A DNA stretch of 64,000 bases from Podarcis pityusensis. Taxonomy: Eukaryota. The notes beneath the pieces were generated by a model that worked only from the letters and a program-made list of their open reading frames with translations, made no database searches and was not told the origin of the DNA. The first letter of the stretch is position 1; the number at the start of each line of letters is the position of its first letter. Positions 1 to 20,800 of the stretch are shown here, piece after piece. The stretch is from assembly GCA_964106645.2 (NCBI GenBank), contig OZ067042.1; one strand, 5' to 3'. Position numbers and translations under genes: made by a program.

Positions 1-136
1 ACGCAGCTCCATGCCGGGAAGGGGAGAGCAAGAGGCAAGCAGGAAGGCATGTCCAGCGGCTGCCACAACCGGCCCACCCTGAGGCGAAGCAGACCCTCCC
101 CTCAGGGCCCTGGCTCCAGCTAAAGCCCCCTCTGAC

Positions 137-246
137 CTGGGGTGGCGCCTTTTCCGCGGCCGAGGGAGCGAAGGCTCCGCGTCGCGGCGATAAGGGGGAG
201 AAGGGAGCAGCCAGGAGCGCAGCGCCTGGGAGAGCCATTTGTACAT
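137..246 (-). CDS. SENP2: Probable first coding exon of SUMO protease SENP2 (gene continues left of the window)
   Basis: ATG at 246 reads MYKWLSQALRSWLLPSPPYRRDAEPSLPRPRKRRHP, then AG|GTCAGA donor (phase 2). Resembles the human SENP2 N-terminus (MYRWL...KRRR). SENP2 is a known neighbour of TMEM41A/MAP3K13. Only 36 codons are visible. Confidence 0.72.
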
Positions 247-976
247 AGGCCTCAGCCACAGCGGCCGGCCCGGAATTGCGTCACTTTCCCGCGACCGGCG
301 CGCAGTCAGTGACGAAGTGACGAAGAGATTAGGAAGGGAGGCTGTTTATATACTGTATATCTATATTTCGAAACTTTTCTCTTCACCCGCCGTCTGCTCT
401 AAAAGAAAACAAAGTGTGCGCTTCATATGCATGGTCATAGTATTCTCTTACTTTGGGCCGAGCTCCATGTCTGCAGTTCTGCTCCTCGCGCACCCGTCAG
501 GCGTCTTTCCATTCGGGTCTCTACTGCCTGACGGGCGGGGGGAGGGGGAGACCCTATTTTATACCACGCGGGTGCGGAGAACATGGGCGGGGGGACCACA
601 GGAGCCAGTAAACGCGGAGAACGCGCGCTTTTTCGCAGCCCTTTGCCTTCCCCACCCTGGTTCTCCACTTATTTGCCTGCCTTTAACTCCCGTCAGCGCC
701 CACCATGGACCGTCCTGGCTGGGGCTGATGGGAGTTGAAGTCCAACAGGAACCCGGAGCCGAAGGGGTAGAGCGCCGCCCCATAGACTCGGAGGCCGGGA
801 TGGCGGGCGGCCATTTTCACAGGAAGTTCCGGCTGTGCGTCGCCACGTCCCTCCTCTGTTTGTGTGAGGGACGGGGCGCCGCGTCACGCGGGGGCAGGTC
901 CCGGAGTTCGCCGCGCGGCGCTTTCCGTTCCTCCTCGTTTTCCGTTCCTCCCGGCGGCCGTTGTGAATGCTCCGCT

Positions 977-9272
<8,296 letters not shown>

Positions 9273-11934
9273 ATGGGCTGGGTTAGGACCAGATATTATA
9301 GAAGTCTATTTATGGGAAAGGTGCAATTCTCCCCCCCCCCCCAGCCCATTTTGTTTTTACTGAACTTTAAAATCCCTGGTGCAGGCTTGGGCATCTCCTT
9401 TCAGTAACACATAGACAGAAAACAATTTCTGCTCTTACTGTGTGTGTTTTTTTAAATAATTAGACTTGCAAAACTCATTTTTAAAAGGTGCTTGCAACTG
9501 TTCCAATGTGTTCTGTAACAAGAATGCTGTCACTGGAACAGTTTTATGTCATGTGGTTTTGCTACCACTGACGTAGAGGTTGTAAATGATAATACCTACC
9601 TAGAAATTTGAGGTTGCTTCCTACATGACAGCAAATTCAGGAAAAGATCACATACAAAGCACCCCTTACTGTTGGCAATCGCAGTGCATTCTATGGGACA
9701 CACACTTGACTGGCTGAAATACCAGCACCAACAATTGAATCCTATTATCTTCTCTATTGAGGGAACCCATCTTGAGTGATTTTTCCTCCCTCTGCCTGCT
9801 TGGGAATCCCAAAGAAGAAAACTAGGTTAATGTAGGCTATTGGAACTATTGAGGCTTGAAGGACTGATTTATTGGTTTCCTTCCCTTGTAGGCTGGAGAA
9901 GTGGTGGTGATGAAGTCCACATACTGGCTTTGTTCTCAAAGCCTCAGTACCTTGGTTACTCTGGCAGCAGCAACTGTACTTACTGTAAAGGTAGAACGGG
10001 TTTAGTAGAATTACGTCAGTGCTGTTGCTTTTGCAAATCTAAGAGATCTAGTTAAGGATGGGTAGGGAGATGAGAGATGTCACTTCTACATCTGCCTTTG
10101 TGGGGAGCTACCGAGGTGTAAAGTACTCCTACCATCATGTACTGACTGCTGATGAAATGAAGTATCTTCCACTTTGTTGCAATTCCCCAGGAGAGTGTAC
10201 TATGTAAAATGGCTCCGGGATATCTCTTTGTTCAGGTTTTGTGTCTATTTTAACCTCCCTATCACTTTTTCTGTGCCTCCTGGAAAACCACATTCTTTGC
10301 TTATGCTGTATTTTGTCTTCATTGAATAATGGACATGGTTGTGTCGCTAGTCCATTAGATAATCCACTGCTTAAGGGGTGAGAAAACTTATTTATGAGTG
10401 AGGTCATCCTTTTTCCTTTGCTTCTTAGGAGTATACAATCAGCCCAGAGATGAAGCCCTATCACTTCATCTCCGTATTCTGCACCCCACCCCCCTTAGAA
10501 AGTATTTGGTAGCGGTCAACAGCCACTATTACAAAAACCTTTCATCGAGTTACCTTTTTGACAAGGGTCTAATTCTCACTGAAGTTGTAGAATTGGAAGG
10601 GACCCCGAGGGTCAACTGTGAAGTTTTAACTGGGCAAAACTACTACTTCAGAATGCAGGTAAAGATGTGTGCTTTTATGTTCTATACAAATACAAATAAA
10701 ATCTCTTCATATAGAACACTAGGTGTTGGTACGGCAGCTAACCTTGAACCCTTTTTTGCTGTTCGATGTGACAATCTGACCACCTCAAGTGTAAGTACTA
10801 GGCTAACGTTTCAGGAACTCCTGCATGGATCATTGGGTTTCTTGTGAAAATTATTAATCTACCTTATCTGTGCTGGAAGAGGTGGGTTTGTTAAACACTT
10901 TGCTATCCTCCACTAAAGTAATGGTATTATGCTAAACTTGTCAACATTAATGACAAGCTTCTCAGGATGGTATTATAGTATGTGCTATATGCTAGAGAGA
11001 CTGTAATAAACCCTGATGTAACAATTGTAGCAATTTGGAACTGAGACAAGGGCAAAAGAAAAATGTCTGACTTCAATTAGCCTGTGCAAAAATTATGTCT
11101 TAATCAAGTGCCTTACCTCCTGTGTGTGTGTTTACATGGAAACTGTATTATCAGATAAATGTTGGTGAAAACGGTGGTGTAAGGTGTTGTTTGTATAAAA
11201 GGAACACGGTATGTTTAGCTACTTTCCAAGAGTGACATCTAAGCACTGTGCATTTAAGAGCTCCTCCTTTCCAATTTACAGACAAACTAACTGGGGGAAA
11301 GTTCTGCTTCCACTCAGTAGCTTAGCTTCCCCTTTCAGCAAGAAGCCACAAGGTAGCTGTTTTAACTCATTTGCACCTAGCCTATGTTCTCCAGCAGTCC
11401 TAGATTCCAGAATACTTTGTACTTGGCCTCCACAAAGGCAATTTGAAGTTATATCCTAATCTTGCCGAGATTTCCCACTGTTTCTGTGTGCTAAAGAAAG
11501 GTTCCCTTCACGTAGAACATGGCACAGCCCCCATTGTGTGCTAATCTGATTATCTGGGAAACACGGCAAGTATTGAGAAACTAAGACCGCAATCCTGTGC
11601 ATACTTAGGACTACAACCTGCTGAAATCAACAGAACTGTACTGAAAGTGTTGACTGTAAGATCATGTTGTTTGCCACGGAAACACACTCATCAGTTGCTA
11701 GAGGAAAAAAAGCAGGTAACTGAAGGGGCAAGTGACAGCATACTCCCAAATGATTGTATTTCAGGAAAAATCTATTTAAAGTGTCACCAATCAGAAAATA
11801 ATACAAGAGAATACACCTTACTCATTAAACTCCTCCCTAGCTTTTAATGTAGGAGGATAATGTGGACTTTCACTATGTATGCTCTATGAAGTAATTTTCA
11901 TTATTCTGCTGGCACTATTGACATATACCTTTCA

Positions 11935-12290
11935 GTGGGTGGCACTGTGGGTAAATCCTCAGCGCCTAGGACTTGCCGATCGCATGGTCGGCGGTTTGAA
12001 TCCCCGCGGTGGGGTGCGCTCCCGTCGTTCGGTCCCAGCGCCTGCCAACCTAGCAGTTCGAAAGCACCCCCGGGTGCAAGTAGATAAATAGGGACCGCTT
12101 ACCAGCGGGAAGGTAAACGGTGTTTCCGTGTGCTGCGCTGGCTCGCCAGATGCAGCTTGTCACGCTGGACACGTGACCCGGAAGTGTCTGCGGACAGCGC
12201 TGGCTCCCGGCCTATAGAGTGAGATGAGCGCACAACCCTAGAGTCTGTCAAGACTGGCCCGTACGGGCAGGGGTACCTTTACCTTTACCT
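11935..12290 (+). mobile_element. Sauria SINE
   Basis: Core GTGCAAGTAGATAAATAGG and 3' tail (ACCTTT)n. Confidence 0.9.
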
Positions 12291-12594
12291 ATATAATTAG
12301 CAATTATACAAGTTATATTGTGGAAAGAGCTGTAGCTCAGTGGCAGACCATCTGCTTTGGATGCCAAAAGGTCTCAGATGCACTAAATAGACCAATTGTC
12401 TGACTCAGTATAAGGCAGCTTCCTATATTCCTATTTTCCACAAGATCCTGAAGAGAGAACAGTCTTTGGAAATACAGAACTGCATCCAGTGGTGTGTGGG
12501 CAATTGACCAAAGCATCCACTTTTGGGTGTAATACACACAGCTACAGTCGCACAGGACATAAGAGCCTATAAAGCACTTGAGGTACACTGGCTT

Positions 12595-15500
12595 TTTATT
12601 CCATGCATCTGTTTTTGATAGTCAGTCTTGTTCCCAATTGTTATACACTGTTCAATACAAAACAAAAAAAATCAAGTTTGCTTCAGGAAGCCATAGAGTA
12701 GGGAGAAAAAAACAGCATATGAAATGATTGTTTCAAATGACATGTAAAACCATTAACTCCCATTAGCCACCACACTTGATTGTGCCATAGCTGCACCCAG
12801 TAGTTAAGAATGCATTATGAGTTGTGACTAAAACCTAATTAAGCAACTTGCCTTGAGTTCTCTCTGGTTTGCATTGCTTATTGTACACATACTGCAGATT
12901 GCTATCCCCTTATTAGCAAACCCTTAATCAGGCAGTTATAATGTTGTAATGCCATTGGCACAGAATAGTAAAAACACAGCCAAAAGGTTAATCACTGAGG
13001 ATTGCACACATGGCAATACTGTCTCATAATCTGGATGACATGATTTGTTGGGTTTATGGCTTTCAGTTAAAGGGAACTTTGTTCTAAGAACTAAATCTAG
13101 ACTCTGCAGCACAAGGCCATCCATTCCACTGACACCCCTAAGATGCTAACAGTGTGTTTACACATAGACTGAACTACTTTCCTACCCTACAACAAAAATG
13201 CACTGTTTTGTTGGTGCCAAGAAAGCATTTCTTGTGCTGCTTGCTCCTTGAACACAAAAGCAACGTAATGTGTGGAAGAAGCATGGTGGCTACCTACCCC
13301 TTTCTGCCAGTAAACTTGACACTGCTTTCTAGGGAAAAGGACAATTAAAGTGTGTGTTTCTCTGTACTAGTATTTCCAGCTACCATAGTTTTGTCGGTGT
13401 CAGTTAATATTTAATGCTTTGGAGTGTTGTTCCCAGAGAAGAAAGTAGGTATATAGTCAGTACCTTTTATTAGACCTACAGAACAAAGCAGGCTTTTTAG
13501 AGCCCAAAGTCACACAAATACCTGAGAGTCTGTTTCCACATTAAAAAGGACTTAGCCCTCACATTTAAGAGAGAGACTTAAAAACATAACCTGCATACTC
13601 TAAGAGAACATCAACCATTTAAAATCTCACCTCTGTTAAACCAATATAATTTTGGAGCACAATTCACCATCCATATTCTAGGGTTAGTAAGTCTATCTTT
13701 TTGAGGCACAACATTTACAGCATTTTTGTAATACAATAGTACAACACCATGTCTCTGCTTAGGGCCAGGCTACATGCTATGGCGTCACTGGGGCAAATTC
13801 TGCCCCTCCCTGCATGAAACAGCATGATCACATGAGATGCTCTGTTCCCAGCAGTGGCAATTGCATGGAGTGTGGACTAGGAAACTCACAATATGAGGAT
13901 GCTGTATCATGTGGTGAGTGCCCTAGACATTGCAACACTAGGGAGAAAGTCAGCACTGTTCTGGTATTTTTAGCCATTATCCTGGTGGTCATAACATATA
14001 GCCCAGCCCTCAGTTAACTATATAAACAATATCACAGCTCTCTAACTTAGAAAACTTGGGTGGCTTAGCTTGATTTTCCTCTCTCTCTTGGATCTCTCCA
14101 CAGTCCTGAAATTTGCTAGAATTGTCTAAAGTTACAAAAAATATTTGTGCATTTAAGAGTACCCAAAAGTTGAGAGCTGATAACAAAAGGTATAATGGCA
14201 TGGGGAAAATATGAGATGAGTAATCTTATTTCTGATTATATTTTCAGCTCTTTTAAAAATGACTTTCAGTTGAGCAAAACCTGTTCAACTTAATTGAAGA
14301 AAGAGGAAATGGCTCTGGAAGAATTCTCTCAATGGCACAAATCACAAATACCAGTTTTGAATATTCTACACCCAAGCACAAGTTGCTAATTCCTAACACC
14401 TGATTTTCATAACACCAATTTACTAGCTGCCTTAAATTAATGCCCCTTTATTTCAACAGCTCTTTGGGGATCAAAGCAAAACTGGATTTTTTAAAATGGA
14501 AAGGAAAGCAAAGGACACACACATTTATGAGGAGAGAGCATGTCCTTTGAGACCCCGGTTGTCATAACTTAATGAATTTTCCTTAAACCTTTACATATTC
14601 CTTCAACATACTATAACTGCAGGATGACATCTACAGATGCAGGCTGTGTGCAAATACCAAAAGAAACAACCAATAACAGACACAAGAGGCCATTAAATCA
14701 GACACATTTTCACTAATGTTAAAGACTCTGGGGAGAGGTTGTACTTCAGTGCGAGAGCACATACGTTGAATGCCTAAGACTCCAGGCTCAATACCTCTAA
14801 TTAAAAGATCACAGGACTTTCCTTTGCCCAAGACCCTGAGAAGTTATGCTTTAAAGCTGACAGTTCTACATTATATATCTGAGGCATTTCAAACTAATGC
14901 TTCTTGCCCTAGAAAAGAGATGAAGACCACAGTGGGCTAACAATACCAAGTGCTTCATATGGGAAAAGCATCATGCAGCTACTTGTCATTCTTCACACCA
15001 TCCCCCACTTTGTCTTATTGCGAAAAATGAACTTTTCAAGAGCATAGTCAGCTAACTGGGCTATTAAACAGGAGTCTTTATGCTGGGCTGAGCTGGGGGG
15101 AGGAAGAAAGAGTGTCTTTATTGCCAAATTGTCTGATTCCATTAGTGAAGCAGACAGTTTCCCATTCAGAGATCATCCAAACAACAGTATTCAAAGGTAC
15201 CCATAAACATGAGAGTGTTAGTAATAGCACACTACGGACACACTGTTAAGACCATATTCATGGAAGACAATCTTACTCGGCTACGAGTGATTGCCAAAGA
15301 AAGGAGGAGAGTAAAAGCAAAGCAAAGTAATTGTCCACAGGGACCAGGAAGAATGTGGTGAAACTCAAAGGAGAAACAAAGGCTGCAAGGTAGTTGTACT
15401 GATAGCTTGGATCATGCCAAGAAAGACATGCTTCCCAGAAGAAGCACCAAGCTAGGTGTCTGTGGTGGACTTGACAGGTGCAATAATGTGCTGCTTCCCC

Positions 15501-17712
15501 AACAGCTTGGTCCATACACCAATGGAATGGTATTTATTGAAGTGTGGAATAAACAGCATCTGTGGGTGTCCCCCAATAAAGGTAACTCACCCTTAAGCTT
15601 GCCAAGGAGTACAAGTGACCAGACAGAATTTCCTTCAGAGTGGGCACAGCTCAGATCAGTTTAGTGTAAGCATATTAAGCTTAAGGAATTCTTGTTCAAT
15701 TTCAAGTGAACAGGGCTTATTTGCTTTTTTGTTGTTGTTTCATTCCGATATATCACAATGTTTGGGACTGCAGCTGGGAGGCTAAAGCATGCCAAGAGGT
15801 CTTAGCTCTGCATCCTAACCATGTCACACTCCATGCACATGCAGCTCAGGACTCCTTTAATTTGCTTGTACGGGCCTACGCCCCGTCCTAGTGTCAGCAG
15901 GCTGCTGCAGCCAGCAAGATAAGCATGGCCTATAACACATTATTAGGTCACAACATTAAGAAAACACCTTGGCTCCTCCTCCTGGGATAAGTAGCCATGA
16001 AGCAACTGAACAGGGACCACCAATATGTTGTGCTACAATAAACCCTGCCTTTAATCTATAGAAATTAAAATAAATAATGACATAACTTAAGATTCATGTA
16101 GTCCAGCTACATAATTTTAAAATATGGAATAATTTAACTCATACAATACTGCTCTCTGTATAAGTAAAGAATTTCCCTTCATTTTGCCACTAGACACTTA
16201 AAAAAAATCAAATCAAATGTAAACAAACAGCATGCAACCCATCTTTGCCCTTCATTTTGGGGGTGGAGAGTGCGGGGTGCAACTGCTACTCACTACTATA
16301 AATATGGAAACTGCTAGGATACAATTTTACACTCAAGACAATGAACCGTTCTTCCCTGAATGTAATTAACTAGAGACAAATTGAGGGCACAGCCAAAATT
16401 ACTGGCAGAACTTTGGCTATAAAACCAAAATAGAACATTTTAGTGTTTTTGTTTTGCTTCCGTTGGACATGTCAGTTAAAGGAGCCATGATTATAAACCG
16501 CAGGAAGTTGCTCAGGAAAAATGAGGTATTGCAGAAGGAAAGTGGGATACCATTCAATTAGGAAAGGCAATAGTCTTGGACCCTCTCCAATCCAAAATCC
16601 ATCAATATGAAAATATGGCTTAGGCTCCCTCAGACCCAAGATGAAGGGCATTCTCTACTCATCATCACATTTCAATGTTACTTTCCACCAGTCACACCAC
16701 TAAACAAGCAGAGGCCACTTGTGTGGTTCAGGCCAGACTATTCCCTTGGCTTCATCCAAGTACAATACTCCCTTATGGTGTTCGACCTATGGTAGGAAAA
16801 TTTCCAGTTTCTTCCTTCAGGATAGTCCTCAAGTTGTACAGAATGTGCTTTTCCATGGCTTGTGAGTTCTTGATCTTCACTAATTTGATCGATTCATTTT
16901 TCATTGAAGGAAGCAAACAAAAGGCAGGTTGGAATGGAGAGGAAGGTAACTTAGAAAAACAGCATCTCAATTTCTCTCTATTCATCAGCCACTCCATGCT
17001 GTGTCTCCTGATCTCACAGTGGCATAGTGATGCTGGAAAATGCTGGAGAGAGGCTGAGGCTAGAATACAGCAGCAGGATGTCACAACCAACCAAATGCCA
17101 ATTTAAAAACACAATTAGTTGCCACTCTCACATGCTAGGGGAGCAGTGACTCAAGATACACCTTTCCAGGAATGTGAACAAGTTCCTATTGAAAAAGTTA
17201 CGCTGGTTACACTGATGGCATTTGTTCACAGTTTACCTGATCCACTGCTTCACTGGATGTGATCAAGTCATTGAGTTAACTTCCTTCATTTCCGGTCTTT
17301 CAGAGCCGCATGACCTGGTCCCATGTCAAAAGTAGAATCAGATCCTAGCCTTATGCATGCTGTCTAAGACTCAAAAAGATTGTTGTCCTTCATAGGCTAG
17401 TCTTCTGAACTTCTTTCTGCAATCAATTATTTTGTCTATGGATACAGTTCACTCTTCAGAGTAAAAAGTGTTAAAATGCCAAAAATATGATACAATAGCT
17501 CAATTATTCAATAAAATACATCCCTGCCATTCGTGATTGAAATGCTCACCGAGAAACCAATTCATCAGAACATTTCTCCAAAGATTCAAGTTATTGCAGA
17601 TCATCTGGGTGATGGGGTGGAGATGCAGCTTCTCAGAGGAATGAAGAGGGGATTCTTGGGGGAATCAGAATGCCAGTTGATCAAACGACTGAAGGAGGGA
17701 GGAGATACATCT
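12595..17712 (-). other. MAP3K13: Probable long MAP3K13 3' UTR (end uncertain)
   Basis: Repeat-poor, AT-rich stretch after the stop. Minus-strand AATAAA candidates at ~15533, ~15117, ~14447, ~13465 and 12595. Confidence 0.45.
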
Positions 17713-17814
17713 TTACCAAGTTGCAGAGCTGCAGGCTTTACTGGTCCTCACTGTTGCATCAGAGCATTCTGCATCTGAAGAGTCACCACCTGATTCTCCA
17801 AACTCTCCAGGATT
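17713..17814 (-). CDS. MAP3K13: MAP3K13 last coding exon
   Basis: [33 protein letters not shown]. Confidence 0.96.
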   Translation of the reverse strand, partial: NPGEFGESGGDSSDAECSDATVRTSKACSSATW

Positions 17815-20800
17815 CTGTGTCACAAATCCAAGGGAACAACTTTTAAAATCATTTATTAGCATTTTATCTGCAGACAGAATCGTCCCTGGTCCATCTCAAA
17901 AAAAAGCGAAAGCACATCTGAATGTGCAGCTCATCCTTTAGTTTTCTCGGAATCTGATGCATGCAATAGATTACTAAGCCACAAAATTCCTGACGTGATT
18001 CTGGCCATGTCCTTATATACTAGGGTTGCCATACGTACGGATTTTCCCGGACATATTCAAAATACTGCAGTCGGCAGCAGTGTCTGGGCAGAAATCGGGA
18101 AAATGTCCGTGAAAATTGGCACATATGGTAGCCCATGTTGGCAGTGCCGTTTTTGCATAAAAAATAGCTCAAAAATTGCATTTTTAAAGCAATTTTGCCC
18201 CAAAAGCTTGATGTACTAGTTTTGTTTCTGTAAAAATTCTTTTAAACCCATGGGAAAGCATGCAAATATACAATCCCACACAGATTAACTTTGGTTTTAA
18301 TCTTTCATTAGTGTGGAGTAAATAAGCTATTTGTCAAGTTGGCACTTGAGGGAAATGGCACAGCTGAACCCTGAAAAGGCTTCCTGTCTTCTCAATGAAC
18401 TAAAACACTGGGGAGAAGTAAAACAATGGGACATCAAATAAAAATAGAATGATGTAAGAAAAAACTGATAGTGAAAGCAAAGGCTAGCAGAGCTCCAGTT
18501 GGAAACCTTGCAATGTATTTATTCAACAGCCCTAGTTTCCAAGCATCTAATTAATATTTTAACTTCAAGCAATGAAGAGAGAGTTACTGACCTCATAGCC
18601 ATGTTCCTCTGGACATAACTTGCCAAGTGACATCTGTGTTTTCACCCTGCGTACAGCACTCTCCTTATCTGAAAGGCCATCAGACTGGGTAGATATCTCA
18701 ATGGGGATTTCTGGAGTCTGTGACAACATCTCATCCAGCTTCTCAGCCCGTTGATCTTTACGCCTGTTGGCCAGCTCGTCTGGGCTGTTGGAATGGTCAC
18801 TGGTATTGCCCTCCTCTCCATCAGACACAGAGAGGTTCTCAGAGCTGAAGGTCGAGTAAGACTGGCAGCTGCTAATGCAGCGATGCGGCCTGCAAATCCA
18901 TAAAACATTAATGGGTTTGATTTGATTCAAAGGCTGCAAGCACTTGATCTAATGAGCAGGGTATTACAAACAAGGATGAGAAGAAGGCCAAGTCCATTCC
19001 TAAAGATACATAAAGAACAGCCTTGGTAGATCAAACCAGAGGCCCACCTAGTCCAGAATCCTATTCTCACAGTGGCCAATCAGATGCTTATGTGAAGTCC
19101 ACAAGCAGTACAATAACCCTCTCCCATTCATGACCCCCCAGCAACTGGTGTTCAAAGAAATCTTGCCTCTGAGGTAGTACATAGCTATCATGAGTGGCAA
19201 CTGATAGCCTTATCCTTTGTGAATTTGCCCAATCTTTTTCAAGGCTGTCCACAATGGTGGCCATTGCTGTTTCTTGTAATGGTGAATTCCACAGTTTAAT
19301 TAAGTGCTGTACCTCCTTTTGTCTGTCCTGAATCTTCCAACATTCAGCTTCATTGGATGACCTCGGGTTCTAGTATTACGAGAGAGGGAGAAGAACTTCT
19401 CTATCCATGCATAATTTTATACACCCCTATCAAGTCCCCTTCCCTTACTCATGTTTATTCTAAACGGAAAAATTCCTCTGATTGGTTCTCATGGAAGAGG
19501 AAATGGGTACAACAGCCCCATGGCTGGTGTACTCTTCCCATTGTCCAGGGACATGTCCAGTGAAGGATCAACTTGCCTCCAGAATTATCCCTTTTTGTCT
19601 TCTCCTTGCTGCCATCACAGGGAGACCTCTAGTATATCATAAGGCTGTTGTGATGCTCTCTTAGATTGCACTCTAAGTTAGGTTAAAATTACTATAGTAC
19701 TGAGACACCAGAGACAAATCCATTAAAAACATTTTTAATAAGAAAGCCTAAATCTCAGGCTTCATTTCTTATTTTTATCTTAATCCTAAAATTCATGCTG
19801 AGTCTTATTTTAGCCTACTGGTTCTCCTTGTAAATAGGTTGATATATGTAAATTAGCCCTATTTTGTTGTCATTTTAAGTCTTATATTGCCTTTGGCACT
19901 GAAAAACAGGTTACAAATTCAGCATTTTCTTATGCAATAAGATCTGAAAATATTGTTTTAGCGAACTATGGGGAGGGGAGGGGACTACCAATAATTTATT
20001 CAAACTAACAGGAGGCAACGTGGGAGAGGATTCCCTAAAGAGCACTGCAAGGTGATGACAGTTTCATTAATGCAAAGCAAAAATCACTTTAGCAGAGATG
20101 TAGCTAAAACTAATAGTCAAAATGAAGACGGAGATCTGAAGCATCTTACTAAGTGAATTCTACTTCTCCCCAAAAGTACTTATATGAGCTGATATATTTT
20201 ACAGTAAAACAAGGGTGTGCAATTTTGTGGCCAAACAAGCTGATCTGCCTTTAACACCTCACCAACACCATAACATTTCGTAAAACTTAACTATGTCTTA
20301 ACATCATAACATTTTTCTCTCCCCCACCCATCCACTGCCAGTGGCAACCAATGAAGAAATGTAGAATGTTGTGATTCCACAGACAGATTCCCCACCCCCC
20401 ACCCCACTAGTCTTTCTGGGAGAGAGAGAGATAAATAAATACATATTCTTGGTGGCACAAATATATTCAGCATCACCTCTAGTTTGTCCCTTTGCCAAGA
20501 CTTGACTCAGCAATCAAAAGAAAACCTGTGAAAATTATCAAGAATGCTAAGAGACAGGTAAGCAATGCTGGTCATCACACTAGAAAAAAACAGCCAAAAA
20601 ATCCTGGCCATTCAAACCCAAGATGAAGAGCCCTTTGCCTTGAAGTACAAAAACCCAGGACACACAGGTGACATGACCACACCACTTTGATAGAAACAGG
20701 GTAGGAACTCTCACTTTGGTTCAAAGTAGAAATGATGGAGGTGGCATATAACAGCCTTTTCTCCCCTACCCCCTGGGTAAAAACTCAAGGGGCAATTCAA

